DNA of 64,000 nucleotides from sequence record PZ445536.1; one strand, 5' to 3'. Position numbers and translations under genes: made by a program. This stretch comes from a phage. Positions 42,995 through 51,886 of this stretch are shown in pieces; position 1 is the stretch's first letter, and every line of letters begins with the position of its first letter. Under the pieces are notes generated by a model. That model did not search any database, was not told where the DNA came from, and worked only from the letters and a program-made list of their open reading frames with translations.

Positions 42995-43171
42995 TTACCC
43001 TTTAAGTAAGTCGTAAAAACCGCCATTCACATGCTTAGGAGCAGAAGGCCGACGAGTAGACAGACGATGACATTTAGGGCAAACATCATTTTCTCGTTCA
43101 GAAATCTTTTTAATTTTTTCATATTCATGCCCGCAATCTTCGGATTGGCATTTATAATCATACATTGGCAT
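42995..43171 (-). CDS. small zinc-ribbon protein (FmdB-like, 58 aa)
   Basis: Hand translation MPMYDYKCQSEDCGHEYEKI...CPKCH: two CxxC pairs and MPxYxYxC N-terminus typical of FmdB-family zinc ribbons. Confidence 0.5.
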   Translation of the reverse strand: MPMYDYKCQSEDCGHEYEKIKKISERENDVCPKCHRLSTRRPSAPKHVNGGFYDLLKG

Positions 43172-43173
43172 AA

Positions 43174-43593
43174 TTATTCCTTAAAATGTGCTTTCAACAT
43201 CTGATACAAGGACCATGCGTGTTCATTATTTTCAATAGTAACTTTCATTACCGGGAATTCTGTGAAATCTTCTATCTGTTCTTGCTCTTCCTGCTTTTGC
43301 TCTTCGGACGCTTGATATGGATTTCCAACTTCGTCAAAGAACTCTGCTTCATTCGTAGAGAGCCAGATAAAGTTTTCGTCAAGGATATCAGCGCCGGCAC
43401 AACGTTTGAGTACACCCGTGGATGTCACAATTTTAGTAGGACGACTGAGATGGTCAACATCTAAAATTTTAAAAGGTTCCATACCTAAACGTCGTGCATA
43501 GATTCCGTTATCAGTATGGTCTTTAATAAAAGCTTCCTGAGCTTGTTTATTTTTAAATTGATACCATTTATTAACTTCAAATCTAATAGCCAT
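43174..43593 (-). CDS. hypothetical protein (139 aa)
   Basis: ORF with acidic [10 protein letters not shown] tract. Confidence 0.6.
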   Translation of the reverse strand: MAIRFEVNKWYQFKNKQAQEAFIKDHTDNGIYARRLGMEPFKILDVDHLSRPTKIVTSTGVLKRCAGADILDENFIWLSTNEAEFFDEVGNPYQASEEQKQEEQEQIEDFTEFPVMKVTIENNEHAWSLYQMLKAHFKE

Positions 43594-43808
43594 TAATAAA
43601 TTTCCTTCCAGTAAGTTGTACCGTCTTCAGTGATTTCACGGAATACACCATAAATCGGTTGTTTATCACCAACCTTTTCATACACATAAACCGAAGTCAA
43701 GTGAGTAAACTTGATGGTGTGTTCCTTTTGAACTACTACCAAATCTGGATCGAATAATACATCTTCAAATTCGTCATTAGTACAATTCTGAACAATTTTA
43801 CGTTTCAT
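43593..43808 (-). CDS. hypothetical protein (71 aa)
   Basis: ORF, start overlaps upstream gene stop. Confidence 0.55.
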   Translation of the reverse strand: MKRKIVQNCTNDEFEDVLFDPDLVVVQKEHTIKFTHLTSVYVYEKVGDKQPIYGVFREITEDGTTYWKEIY

Positions 43809-43821
43809 TACAATTTCCTCA

Positions 43822-44091
43822 TTAATTAAACAGTGGAGCGATGCGTTTCAGAAGAGTAGCAGCACCTTTGGCGAATTTTACATCATGAAAAACAGTTTCT
43901 TCTTCCGTTACAACACGAGCTTTAATGTTTTCACAATCCCAATTTTTACGAACAATCTTCAAAAGCTGCAGTAAATCTTTACATTCAGCAATATCGATAA
44001 CACATCCACGAGAATCTTCCATTATCGCACGATAACCGTAAGCCATACCATAATCGTTGAAAGATTGCTCGATGATAATTAAGTTTTCCAT
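43822..44091 (-). CDS. hypothetical protein (about 89 aa from MENLIII)
   Basis: ORF 43822..44103; GGAGAATAAAATG SD supports second ATG. Confidence 0.55.
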   Translation of the reverse strand: MENLIIIEQSFNDYGMAYGYRAIMEDSRGCVIDIAECKDLLQLLKIVRKNWDCENIKARVVTEEETVFHDVKFAKGAATLLKRIAPLFN

Positions 44092-44117
44092 TTTATTCTC
44101 CAAGTTGTTTTCTGTAT

Positions 44118-44156
44118 CAGTAGTTGATATTGATATAGTACCATAATCAACTACTG
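44118..44156 (-). promoter_or_regulatory. early-promoter-like -10 (TGGTACTATA) embedded in a perfect 11-bp inverted repeat; -35 degenerate
   Basis: cagtagttgat (44118-44128) and atcaactactg (44146-44156) flank rc atagta 44135-44140. Confidence 0.4.
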
Positions 44157-44198
44157 ATGTATATAGTTTTATGAAAAAATTTTAAACTTTATGCAAAT

Positions 44199-44618
44199 TT
44201 ATGCTAAAGCTGCTTCGCACCATTTTTTAATTTGGAATTCAGGAACTACCATGAACTGGCCTGCAAAAACAATATTGTAGAGCTTGACACCATCTTCTAC
44301 CCAACGGTCCGAAATAAAACCAGCGACTTGATTCGTTGTCCATGGAGTTCCATCTGTTGCCGCCGCAATTGTGAATTTATGGTCTTTTACAACTAAAACT
44401 GAAGAACAAAGTTTCCATTTAAATGCGCTTTCTTCTGGCTCAATGAACTGACTTGAGACATAACCAATGTTACCATCAGCGTCACGAACTTTAACCTCGT
44501 TACGACCAAAAACTGGATCACTTACAGAAAGAACTTCAACCAGCTTTCCTGCAACTTTAGAACGAGAAGCAACGGATACATATACGTAATCACCAGTAGA
44601 GAGATTTACAATATTCAT
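44199..44618 (-). CDS. hypothetical protein, tandem paralog A (139 aa)
   Basis: Shares N-terminal SVASRSKVAGKLVEV and C-terminal GFISDRWVEDGVKLYNIVFAGQF motifs with the next two ORFs. Confidence 0.6.
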   Translation of the reverse strand: MNIVNLSTGDYVYVSVASRSKVAGKLVEVLSVSDPVFGRNEVKVRDADGNIGYVSSQFIEPEESAFKWKLCSSVLVVKDHKFTIAAATDGTPWTTNQVAGFISDRWVEDGVKLYNIVFAGQFMVVPEFQIKKWCEAALA

Positions 44619-44627
44619 AATAATTCC

Positions 44628-45101
44628 TTAAGCTTTACGAGGAGAAGCATAACGAGTGATTTCAGATTCTTCAACAACCCGGAAGTCACCTAAGAATACG
44701 ATATTGTAGAGCTTTTCACCATCTTCAACCCATTGGTCTGTGATGAAGCCACACATCCTATCAGTTTTACTTGGACCAGCGAAATCATCAATATAATCGA
44801 ATTCTTCATCAGTTACAAATTCAACGCCTTTACACAACGCCCATTTAAATTGTGCATTAGACTCAGTGGATTCAACTTCTTCAACAGAAGCAAAATGAGA
44901 GCTAACACGAGTTTCCAGAAATTTAGGACTTACGTAAGCGTACTGAGTTTCAGTTTTTCCAGAACTAGGAATGATTCGAACTTTAACTTCTATAACACGA
45001 CCAGTACCATTAGTACGAAGTCCTACCACTTCAACTAGACGACCTGCAGCTTTAGAACGAGATGCAGACGATACACGCTTAATTTCACCGATAGTAATCA
45101 T
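44628..45101 (-). CDS. hypothetical protein, tandem paralog B (157 aa)
   Basis: SSASRSKAAGRLVEV ... GFITDQWVEDGEKLYNIVFLGDF. Confidence 0.6.
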   Translation of the reverse strand: MITIGEIKRVSSASRSKAAGRLVEVVGLRTNGTGRVIEVKVRIIPSSGKTETQYAYVSPKFLETRVSSHFASVEEVESTESNAQFKWALCKGVEFVTDEEFDYIDDFAGPSKTDRMCGFITDQWVEDGEKLYNIVFLGDFRVVEESEITRYASPRKA

Positions 45102-45173
45102 AATTTTTCTCTCTTTGTTGTTAAGATTTATTCTCCATGAGAGCCATTATAACAGGCTCTCTATAAAGTAAAC

Positions 45174-45668
45174 TTAATTAAGGATATTAATTACTGCACT
45201 GCGTGGAACTACACTAAAATCACCTGCATGAACAACGTTCAGAAGTTCAACACCATCTTCAAGCCACTGGTCAGTTACCCAACCACTTACTGGACCAGCA
45301 AATGGTCGACGAATTGAAACAGCTTTACACAACAAGTCAGTAGGCTCGATAGGCTTAACCAGAGTACCGTACATACAAGCGATATCCATATCAATACAGA
45401 TGTCTTTAACGGGTTCTACTTCTTCAATCAACAGTTCAAAGTCGGTGCTTGGAAGGGCGGTAGTAGAAATTGTACCGTATGAATTTTTAATTTCTAAGAA
45501 TAACCAAGGGCCTTCAGCTTGTTTGATGAAGTTAACAATAGTGAAACTATTACCTTGAGTGGCGCCTAAAATTTCACAAAACTTTTCATAAGCTCGCACT
45601 GAAGCACCATACCAGTTGATTTGTTTTTCGTCTTTCAGGATGTAAGTAGCTGTAGTACTGATATTCAT
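45174..45668 (-). CDS. hypothetical protein, tandem paralog C (164 aa)
   Basis: Divergent N-terminus but shared C-terminal GWVTDQWLEDGVELLNVVHAGDF motif. Confidence 0.6.
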   Translation of the reverse strand: MNISTTATYILKDEKQINWYGASVRAYEKFCEILGATQGNSFTIVNFIKQAEGPWLFLEIKNSYGTISTTALPSTDFELLIEEVEPVKDICIDMDIACMYGTLVKPIEPTDLLCKAVSIRRPFAGPVSGWVTDQWLEDGVELLNVVHAGDFSVVPRSAVINILN

Positions 45669-45680
45669 GATGTTTTCCCC

Positions 45681-46184
45681 TTAATCTAAGGTAATAAAGC
45701 CTTTTAATTCGGCATGTGACTTGCGGAACATTACTTGATGACCGCCAATGATAACTTGGTCATCAGGTACTTCGTATACAGCGAGATAAAATCCTTTAGA
45801 AGCTAATTCTTCACGCTCTTCTCGTGTGAACCATCTCATCATATCATATTCGCTAGCGAAAGCAAAATGATAAAGAGCTATAAACCATCCTGGAATATAG
45901 TGATCTACGCCTACATATTCTTCTTTCTCAAAATTAGTATTAATTGCTATATTAGCATTTTTAACTAATAATTTGTCTTCATGCGGCACAGGAATTCTTT
46001 TATTATCATTACTATGATGCATAAAATTGGGTCTGTCATAACCTACGCGTAATAACCACTCTTCACTCCATGAATCTATTATACTCCTGTACGGAGTTAT
46101 TTGAACACAAAGATCTCGACGTATTGTTATAGCATCTTCATAATTAAGAATACTAAATGATGATTCAACACGATAAATTTTCAT
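45681..46184 (-). CDS. hypothetical protein (about 167 aa from MKIYRVESSF)
   Basis: ORF 45681..46223; start set downstream of early promoter 46212-46241 and GAGGATAATAAAATG SD. Confidence 0.55.
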   Translation of the reverse strand: MKIYRVESSFSILNYEDAITIRRDLCVQITPYRSIIDSWSEEWLLRVGYDRPNFMHHSNDNKRIPVPHEDKLLVKNANIAINTNFEKEEYVGVDHYIPGWFIALYHFAFASEYDMMRWFTREEREELASKGFYLAVYEVPDDQVIIGGHQVMFRKSHAELKGFITLD

Positions 46185-46211
46185 TTTATTATCCTCAGTA
46201 GCTATGGTGTT

Positions 46212-46241
46212 ATAATACCACAACTAACCGAGGAAGTAAAC
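46212..46241 (-). promoter_or_regulatory. T4-type early promoter (GTTTAC, 18 bp, TATTAT)
   Basis: rc gtaaac 46236-46241; rc ataata 46212-46217. Confidence 0.5.
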
Positions 46242-46247
46242 AACTTT

Positions 46248-46931
46248 TTATCGTTTTGTTGGAAGAGATAGAGGATCGCAATCTTCCTCTGATGGAGCAT
46301 CTTCAAGACCCATAGCATATCGCAAAGCGTACTTCATCATCAGGATGTCTTTCGCACAGTCATGAATAGAATCATGTGCAACGAATCCATCTAAAGTTCC
46401 CTTTGGAAGAGGACATGTGGTCATATCACGAACAAGCAGAAGTGCTTCAATTCTGGTACGAATATCACGCTGATTCCAGAATTTACATGGTTCTAACTTA
46501 AATGTGTCAAGCTCATTCTCGGAAACACCATTAAGACGTTGAATATCGCGAATGAGATCGACTAAAATTGGAAAATCAAACGACATTCCACGGCACCAAC
46601 CTTGAGATTTCCAAGGATCGATGTTATGTGCATTGATGTAATCATTAAATTTTGCAATACCATCGATAGTGCTTACATCTTCATCTGATGGTGCAATATT
46701 TTTTCGAGCTTCAGGAGACTGATTTTTCCACCATTCGATAGTGCTTTTAGTAAAAAGACGATGTCCTTTTTGGCTTTTTAAATCAAATTTGATTTTAATG
46801 CCGCGTGAAACTAATTCATCAAATGTTTCAACTACTTCTGGATTAGGGTCAAAAGCAATTACAGCCAAATCAATAACAGCTGCTTTTTCACCACTTCCCA
46901 TTGTTTCAAAATCTATAATAAAATCAAACAT
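46248..46931 (-). CDS. dexA: exonuclease A (DEDDh 3'-5' exonuclease)
   Basis: 227 aa (T4 DexA length); DFETMG and HD motifs. Confidence 0.88.
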   Translation of the reverse strand: MFDFIIDFETMGSGEKAAVIDLAVIAFDPNPEVVETFDELVSRGIKIKFDLKSQKGHRLFTKSTIEWWKNQSPEARKNIAPSDEDVSTIDGIAKFNDYINAHNIDPWKSQGWCRGMSFDFPILVDLIRDIQRLNGVSENELDTFKLEPCKFWNQRDIRTRIEALLLVRDMTTCPLPKGTLDGFVAHDSIHDCAKDILMMKYALRYAMGLEDAPSEEDCDPLSLPTKR

Positions 46932-47173
46932 TAAATTTTCCTTGCTAAATCGCGAATTTGACCTACAGTATAATCTTGAATATAAACTTTATTAATAGGT
47001 TCATCAATAAATTTTGCCATAGATTCAATATCTTTTTGTATTTCTTCAAGACTGTATACTATCTTTAAAGCTTTTTCGCGAATAGTAATATTTTCAGGAC
47101 CCTGATTTTCTTCAATGACAGCTTTAACATTTGTCATAAGAGATTTAAACTGGTACCAACTCAATTCAATCAT
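46931..47173 (-). CDS. hypothetical protein (dexA.1-like, 80 aa)
   Basis: ORF; paralogous to next ORF (LEEIQKDI...DYTVGQIRDLARKI vs LEEIERDL...DYILGEISYLYKAI). Confidence 0.55.
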   Translation of the reverse strand: MIELSWYQFKSLMTNVKAVIEENQGPENITIREKALKIVYSLEEIQKDIESMAKFIDEPINKVYIQDYTVGQIRDLARKI

Positions 47174-47426
47174 TAATAATCGCCTTATAAAGATAGCTAA
47201 TTTCGCCTAAAATATAATCATTGATTGTAACAGTTTTTACTTCACCACAAAAGAATTCTAACGCAATCAAATCTCGTTCAATTTCTTCTAATTGAAGCCT
47301 CAACTTACTAGATTCTATTTTTACAGTTTCACGATTTTTGCTATAAGCAATTTCATAAATTTCGCTTACTTTATCTTGAAGAAGATAAAACTGATCTTTA
47401 GTTATTTCCACGAATAGCTTCCTCAA
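47166..47426 (-). CDS. hypothetical protein (dexA.2-like, 86 aa)
   Basis: ORF, paralog of previous. Confidence 0.55.
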   Translation of the reverse strand: MRKLFVEITKDQFYLLQDKVSEIYEIAYSKNRETVKIESSKLRLQLEEIERDLIALEFFCGEVKTVTINDYILGEISYLYKAIIND

Positions 47427-47432
47427 ATTTAA

Positions 47433-48752
47433 TCATACATAAAACACATCATAACGACCACGGGTAACACCAACATAAAGAAGCTGCTGAGCTAATTCAG
47501 CATCTGCATAATGAATACAAGGCGTATAGATGAAAGCACGGTCTACAGACATACCCTGAGCTTTATGGAATGTTGACGCAGGAAGTGCTTTCACTTTACT
47601 AAACTGTGATTTAGCATCCCAAAAATCACTCCACGGAGCTTTTCCACCTTTATTCCAATTTTTGTAAGTTTCTGCCGTTTTACCTAAAAATAAGTTAAAC
47701 TTATACAGCTCTTCATCAGATGAAATTATTTTAATCTTTTCACGATAATATTCATCATCGCCGTAAGTTTCTACTGTTAAATCCCAATGACGAATTAGAT
47801 ATTCTCCAGAAACACCACGAGCTTTAACAAAGGTTGATGTATACTCTGCTTCTATAATACGAACTAATTGTCCGTTATTAAAAATAATTTCTGACACAGG
47901 CTTTCCATCAATTTTATATGTTTTAATTAATGGTTCCTGCATTACAATAATTTCACCGACAATAAAATCTTTATCAGTTTCAAAAATCTTTTTACGAATG
48001 ATGCTATTTAACTTATCAACAGATTTATTCGTAAATGCTATTACGCGATTTTCAAACAAATCATCTAGTGATTTGACGATTGAAAAATAATTTACCATAA
48101 AATCGCGTAAAGCGGTATCACCGGTAAATCCACGTACTCCATGACCGTCAACAACTTTATCATAAATCCACTTACCGTTACGAACGTCAGTAGCTACATC
48201 AATAATAGGAGCATTACTGCGTTTAACTTCAGTGAGTTCACACTGATAAAAGTCTTTGTGTGTAAAGAATGGACTGATATAAGCAGTGTTTTCTCCTGGG
48301 TCAACAGGTCTAATTTGCTTATTATCGCCTATTCCAATTATAGTACACCACGGCGGGATAGTTGAAAGCAGAATTTTAAATAGCTTTCTATCATACATTG
48401 ATACTTCATCGCAGATTAATACCCTGCATTTAGCTAAATCCGGTACTTCTTTTTGTTCAAAAAGAACGTTTTCTTCATATGTTACTGGGTTAATTTTGAG
48501 AATACTGTGAATAGTACTTGCTTCTTTCCCAGATAGTTTTGAAAGAATCTTTTTAGCTGCATGAGTAGGAGCTGCTAAAATAATACCAGTTTCACCTGTA
48601 GATATTAGGGCTTCAATAATGAACTTAGTAAGAGTAGTCTTACCAGTACCAGCAGGTCCATTAATAGTTACATGATGTTTCTTTTCTTTGATAGCCCTCA
48701 TAACGATGTTAAAGGCATTTTTCTGGCCTTCGGTCAAATCATCAAATGTCAT
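47433..48752 (-). CDS. dda: Dda DNA helicase (SF1B)
   Basis: 439 aa (T4 Dda length); Walker A GPAGTGKTT, DEVSM motif. Confidence 0.93.
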   Translation of the reverse strand: MTFDDLTEGQKNAFNIVMRAIKEKKHHVTINGPAGTGKTTLTKFIIEALISTGETGIILAAPTHAAKKILSKLSGKEASTIHSILKINPVTYEENVLFEQKEVPDLAKCRVLICDEVSMYDRKLFKILLSTIPPWCTIIGIGDNKQIRPVDPGENTAYISPFFTHKDFYQCELTEVKRSNAPIIDVATDVRNGKWIYDKVVDGHGVRGFTGDTALRDFMVNYFSIVKSLDDLFENRVIAFTNKSVDKLNSIIRKKIFETDKDFIVGEIIVMQEPLIKTYKIDGKPVSEIIFNNGQLVRIIEAEYTSTFVKARGVSGEYLIRHWDLTVETYGDDEYYREKIKIISSDEELYKFNLFLGKTAETYKNWNKGGKAPWSDFWDAKSQFSKVKALPASTFHKAQGMSVDRAFIYTPCIHYADAELAQQLLYVGVTRGRYDVFYV

Positions 48753-49060
48753 CGGAAAGTCCCTGCAATTGGAATACTAACAATACGCCCAGTATCTAAA
48801 ATTCGCTGATATAATCTTTGTGTGTCTACGTCAGGCTTAACGTGTTTAACTTCTATTTTATTAAACCAAAATTTACGTGGAGTCTCAACTAATCTTGGAA
48901 TTCCCTTACCTAAAGCTAGTCGATACTGCTCTTTAAGAGTGGTAAATACTTTATCAGCAATCTTCCATTCAAAAAACACAGCAGGACGATGTTCATCAAG
49001 CGGAACTGGCGCCGTAAATCCGTCTTTATCTCGGTAAACTATCGCGTATACATAAACCAT
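48749..49060 (-). CDS. hypothetical protein (dda.1-like, 103 aa)
   Basis: ORF overlapping dda start by 4 nt. Confidence 0.6.
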   Translation of the reverse strand: MVYVYAIVYRDKDGFTAPVPLDEHRPAVFFEWKIADKVFTTLKEQYRLALGKGIPRLVETPRKFWFNKIEVKHVKPDVDTQRLYQRILDTGRIVSIPIAGTFR

Positions 49061-49061
49061 A

Positions 49062-49808
49062 TTATCCTCGGATAAGTTTAAAAATTGAACAATTTAGCGG
49101 GTATCCTCTTTTCAGTTTAAGTTTATCAATAAAAGACAAGTTTTGATACCGCTCTACACCTTGAATAATTTTATCACACATATCATATTGCATTTCTGCT
49201 TCTGACAACTTTTTCACGGTTTTCCAATCCGAGCCTTTAAGAAGAACGTTCAATTTAACAACTTCAGCGCCTTCTGCTATACGAGAACCATCAATACGAG
49301 CTTTAAGTGCTATAATCGTTAGCTTAACGTCAGAAGTTTGTTTTGATTTAGAAAGCTGAGAAATGTGCTCAATTCGGTTTTCACGTTTTTTCTGTATAGC
49401 TTTAATTTGATTATAAGTCTTTTTGATTTTAGCCCATTTCTTTTCATCTAAATTTAGTTTATGAACTTTTTTCGCAGATGAACGACCAATTCGCAAAGCA
49501 AATAAATCACGCTTTTCAATCAACTCTTCTAAAGTATAATCAGAACGAAATGTATTATACTTTTTCTTTACTGCAATAACATTCCCTTTAATGTATCCAA
49601 CGTTATTATCAAAACGTTCTAATGATAATTTCTCTCCTTCAATACGATTATCAAAAGGTTCTCCCGAATAAGCACAAACTTTTTGATCTAAAATGTTCTT
49701 AATGTAATTGAAGTCTAAGTTAAAATCTTTAGAACGTCTTTTTGCAGATGCCTGAGTATGCTCTAGACGACGTTTAATTTTACGAATTTGATTATTAGAC
49801 AGCTTCAT
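49062..49808 (-). CDS. srd: probable Srd (sigma-related decoy protein), 248 aa
   Basis: Size and position downstream of dda.1 as in T4; basic helical protein; identity by synteny only. Confidence 0.5.
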   Translation of the reverse strand: MKLSNNQIRKIKRRLEHTQASAKRRSKDFNLDFNYIKNILDQKVCAYSGEPFDNRIEGEKLSLERFDNNVGYIKGNVIAVKKKYNTFRSDYTLEELIEKRDLFALRIGRSSAKKVHKLNLDEKKWAKIKKTYNQIKAIQKKRENRIEHISQLSKSKQTSDVKLTIIALKARIDGSRIAEGAEVVKLNVLLKGSDWKTVKKLSEAEMQYDMCDKIIQGVERYQNLSFIDKLKLKRGYPLNCSIFKLIRG

Positions 49809-49844
49809 ATTTTTCTCACATCTTACGGACGGTTAACTACTTAT

Positions 49845-49874
49845 ACTATAACATTTTTACTTTAGCTTGTAAAC
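49845..49874 (-). promoter_or_regulatory. T4-type early promoter (GTTTAC, 18 bp, TATAGT) upstream of srd
   Basis: rc gtaaac 49869-49874; rc actata 49845-49850. Confidence 0.5.
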
Positions 49875-49889
49875 AACTTTATGTAAAAA

Positions 49890-49914
49890 TGCTTTAAAAA
49901 TTTCATGGTATAAT
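49890..49914 (+). promoter_or_regulatory. consensus MotA-box middle promoter on + strand (TGCTTTA-12-TATAAT), antisense to modA
   Basis: tgcttta 49890-49896, 12-bp spacer, tataat 49909-49914 with upstream TGG; no + strand ORF downstream. Confidence 0.35.
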
Positions 49915-49932
49915 GAATCTAAGTCCTTCCCA

Positions 49933-50535
49933 TTATAGATTAAATCCTTCAAAATCAAGAGTATAGATAGTATATGTTGAATACTTTTTATACTCATATC
50001 TATCTGCAATTCTAAATACACTTCCAGCTGGTATCATTACTTCTTGTTCATCTGAAACTAATTCCATATTACGATAACGATGGCTATCCGGAAACTTAAA
50101 GTTTGGATTGTATTCTTTACAGCGTAGAGCTTTTATAGCATACTCCTGGAAATTGAATACCATAGGAGCTTTGAATTCAAAAATAACCTGTGTGTTATAC
50201 TCTAAACCGGAAGCAAAATGTAGAGCTATATTTTTATCATATGAAGCTGATACTACTTTATCAAATGTAATAATATCAATTCCTTGATTTAATATTTGTT
50301 TAGTCTCGACTGGAACACCTCTCCAAAGAGGTTTATCGTTTGGAACCAAACGAGATTTGATTATTTCATTTAACCAAGTATGGTCATCTGGCTTATTAGT
50401 AATACAATGAATTAAAAGTTCAATTTCAGATAAATTAAACCCTTCAGAAAGTAATTCTTCACGAATAGAAGCACGCACCGATGCATCCATTGATTTTATT
50501 TTAAAATCTTTTAGTTGCATTACTGAGTATTTCAT
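49933..50535 (-). CDS. modA: ModA ADP-ribosyltransferase
   Basis: 200 aa (T4 ModA length); R-S-E ART motifs (LWRG, VVSAS, EQEVMIP). Confidence 0.8.
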   Translation of the reverse strand: MKYSVMQLKDFKIKSMDASVRASIREELLSEGFNLSEIELLIHCITNKPDDHTWLNEIIKSRLVPNDKPLWRGVPVETKQILNQGIDIITFDKVVSASYDKNIALHFASGLEYNTQVIFEFKAPMVFNFQEYAIKALRCKEYNPNFKFPDSHRYRNMELVSDEQEVMIPAGSVFRIADRYEYKKYSTYTIYTLDFEGFNL

Positions 50536-51157
50536 TCAACTACCTCAATATCATAAACTTTAAATGTTCCAAATGAATCGTGTAATTTTTCTTTTGAAAT
50601 AGAAGTTATTCTATACTTTCCAATTGGAATCATCCATTCTTGTTCACGCACAATCATCATTAAGTTATCAGTACGCTCTGAATCTAGCCCATCAGTATCT
50701 TCATACGTGTACTTGAACTCAGTATTAGGAGAAGAAAGTATAATATCGCTGATATGGTCAGAATAATTAAAAGCTTTATCAGTTTTTAAGCGAAGTATTA
50801 TTTTAGTAAAATATTCAGCATAAGAAAAAGAACATGCTGTGAGTAAACTAGTAGTAAATGAATCTACTCTGTTCGTTGAAAACACTTCTCCAACTTGTAA
50901 ATCTTTTTAATAAGTTCTTCTGTTGATTTTGATATACCACGATATAGCTGATAAGGTGATTTAGTTAAATGCTTTTTAATGATTTTATTCAATTGCCGAT
51001 GAAGAGCTTCATTCTTTTTAGCTTCCATACATTGCCAAAGAACAGACTGCTCAAAATCAGTAAATTTTTCACAGACCTTTTTATACATATCATATTGAAA
51101 ATCGACGCTTTCAGCTTTTATAGATAACTGTTCAACATCTGCAAGATTAATAATCAT
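50532..51157 (-). pseudogene. modB: ModB ADP-ribosyltransferase, split by an apparent -1 frameshift in an A5 run (ORFs 50864..51157 and 50532..50885)
   Basis: N-terminal ORF carries the R motif (QLYRGISKS) and ends at 50864; overlapping ORF carries STS-like (VFSTN) and catalytic EQEWMIP motifs; coding-strand run ATTAAAAAGATT (+ strand T5 50904-50908); one extra A would give a continuous ~207-aa protein. Confidence 0.6.
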
Positions 51158-51183
51158 GATAGCCTCCGTATACTTCAGAAGCT

Positions 51184-51213
51184 ATCATATCATCGTTAGA
51201 AAGGAAAGTAAAC
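51184..51213 (-). promoter_or_regulatory. T4-type early promoter (GTTTAC, 18 bp, TATGAT) upstream of modB
   Basis: rc gtaaac 51208-51213; rc atcata 51184-51189; GGAGG SD before the ATG. Confidence 0.5.
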
Positions 51214-51224
51214 AACTTTTTGAA

Positions 51225-51407
51225 TTATTTTGCCCAGGGAGCCCAGGGCGGAGGGTCAAGATGGTATGAAGCTAGTTCTTCTAGAAGAGCATCTGGGGCT
51301 TCAATTCCATAATTCTGTAATACTATACGGTACTCTTTCTTATAATCACTAGAATCATTCTGGATATTCGTAGAATGATTATCTTCTAACATCTCAAATA
51401 AATCCAT
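51225..51407 (-). CDS. hypothetical protein (60 aa)
   Basis: ORF in modB-soc interval. Confidence 0.5.
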   Translation of the reverse strand: MDLFEMLEDNHSTNIQNDSSDYKKEYRIVLQNYGIEAPDALLEELASYHLDPPPWAPWAK

Positions 51408-51415
51408 ATTAATTC

Positions 51416-51886
51416 CTAGCGATAAAAACCAAATTGACGATTAGCTTCAATAATCTTTCTTTCTTCTTCGGACATTCTCCAGCGTAGTCCAACATCAAAA
51501 TGGGCCCAGACCATCTTAACAAATGCGTGTATGTCTTTAATATCCTCAATAATGAATGTTTTACTTTTAGAAGGTTGACTCGCTAATTTAACCTTATCAT
51601 CTTCAAACAGGTCAAAAAGACCATATTCATGAGCTCTTTTATAGCCTTTAATAGTTAAAGCTTCGGAAGAAGAAAACGGTGAATCAGTATTCTGCAAAAT
51701 ATCTTCAGTATGCTTTATAATTAGAATAACATTTTCTGGATATTTTCTTTCTTTTATATCTTTAATTAAAATATCCGGATTTTCTGCTAAAGGAATAATT
51801 AATGAGCACTTTTTGTCAAGTGTATTTACTGATTTACCTTCTTTAGACATAAATTCTATTGAATAATGTTTTGCTACTTCAATCAT
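51416..51886 (-). CDS. hypothetical protein (156 aa)
   Basis: ORF in modB-soc interval. Confidence 0.6.
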   Translation of the reverse strand: MIEVAKHYSIEFMSKEGKSVNTLDKKCSLIIPLAENPDILIKDIKERKYPENVILIIKHTEDILQNTDSPFSSSEALTIKGYKRAHEYGLFDLFEDDKVKLASQPSKSKTFIIEDIKDIHAFVKMVWAHFDVGLRWRMSEEERKIIEANRQFGFYR

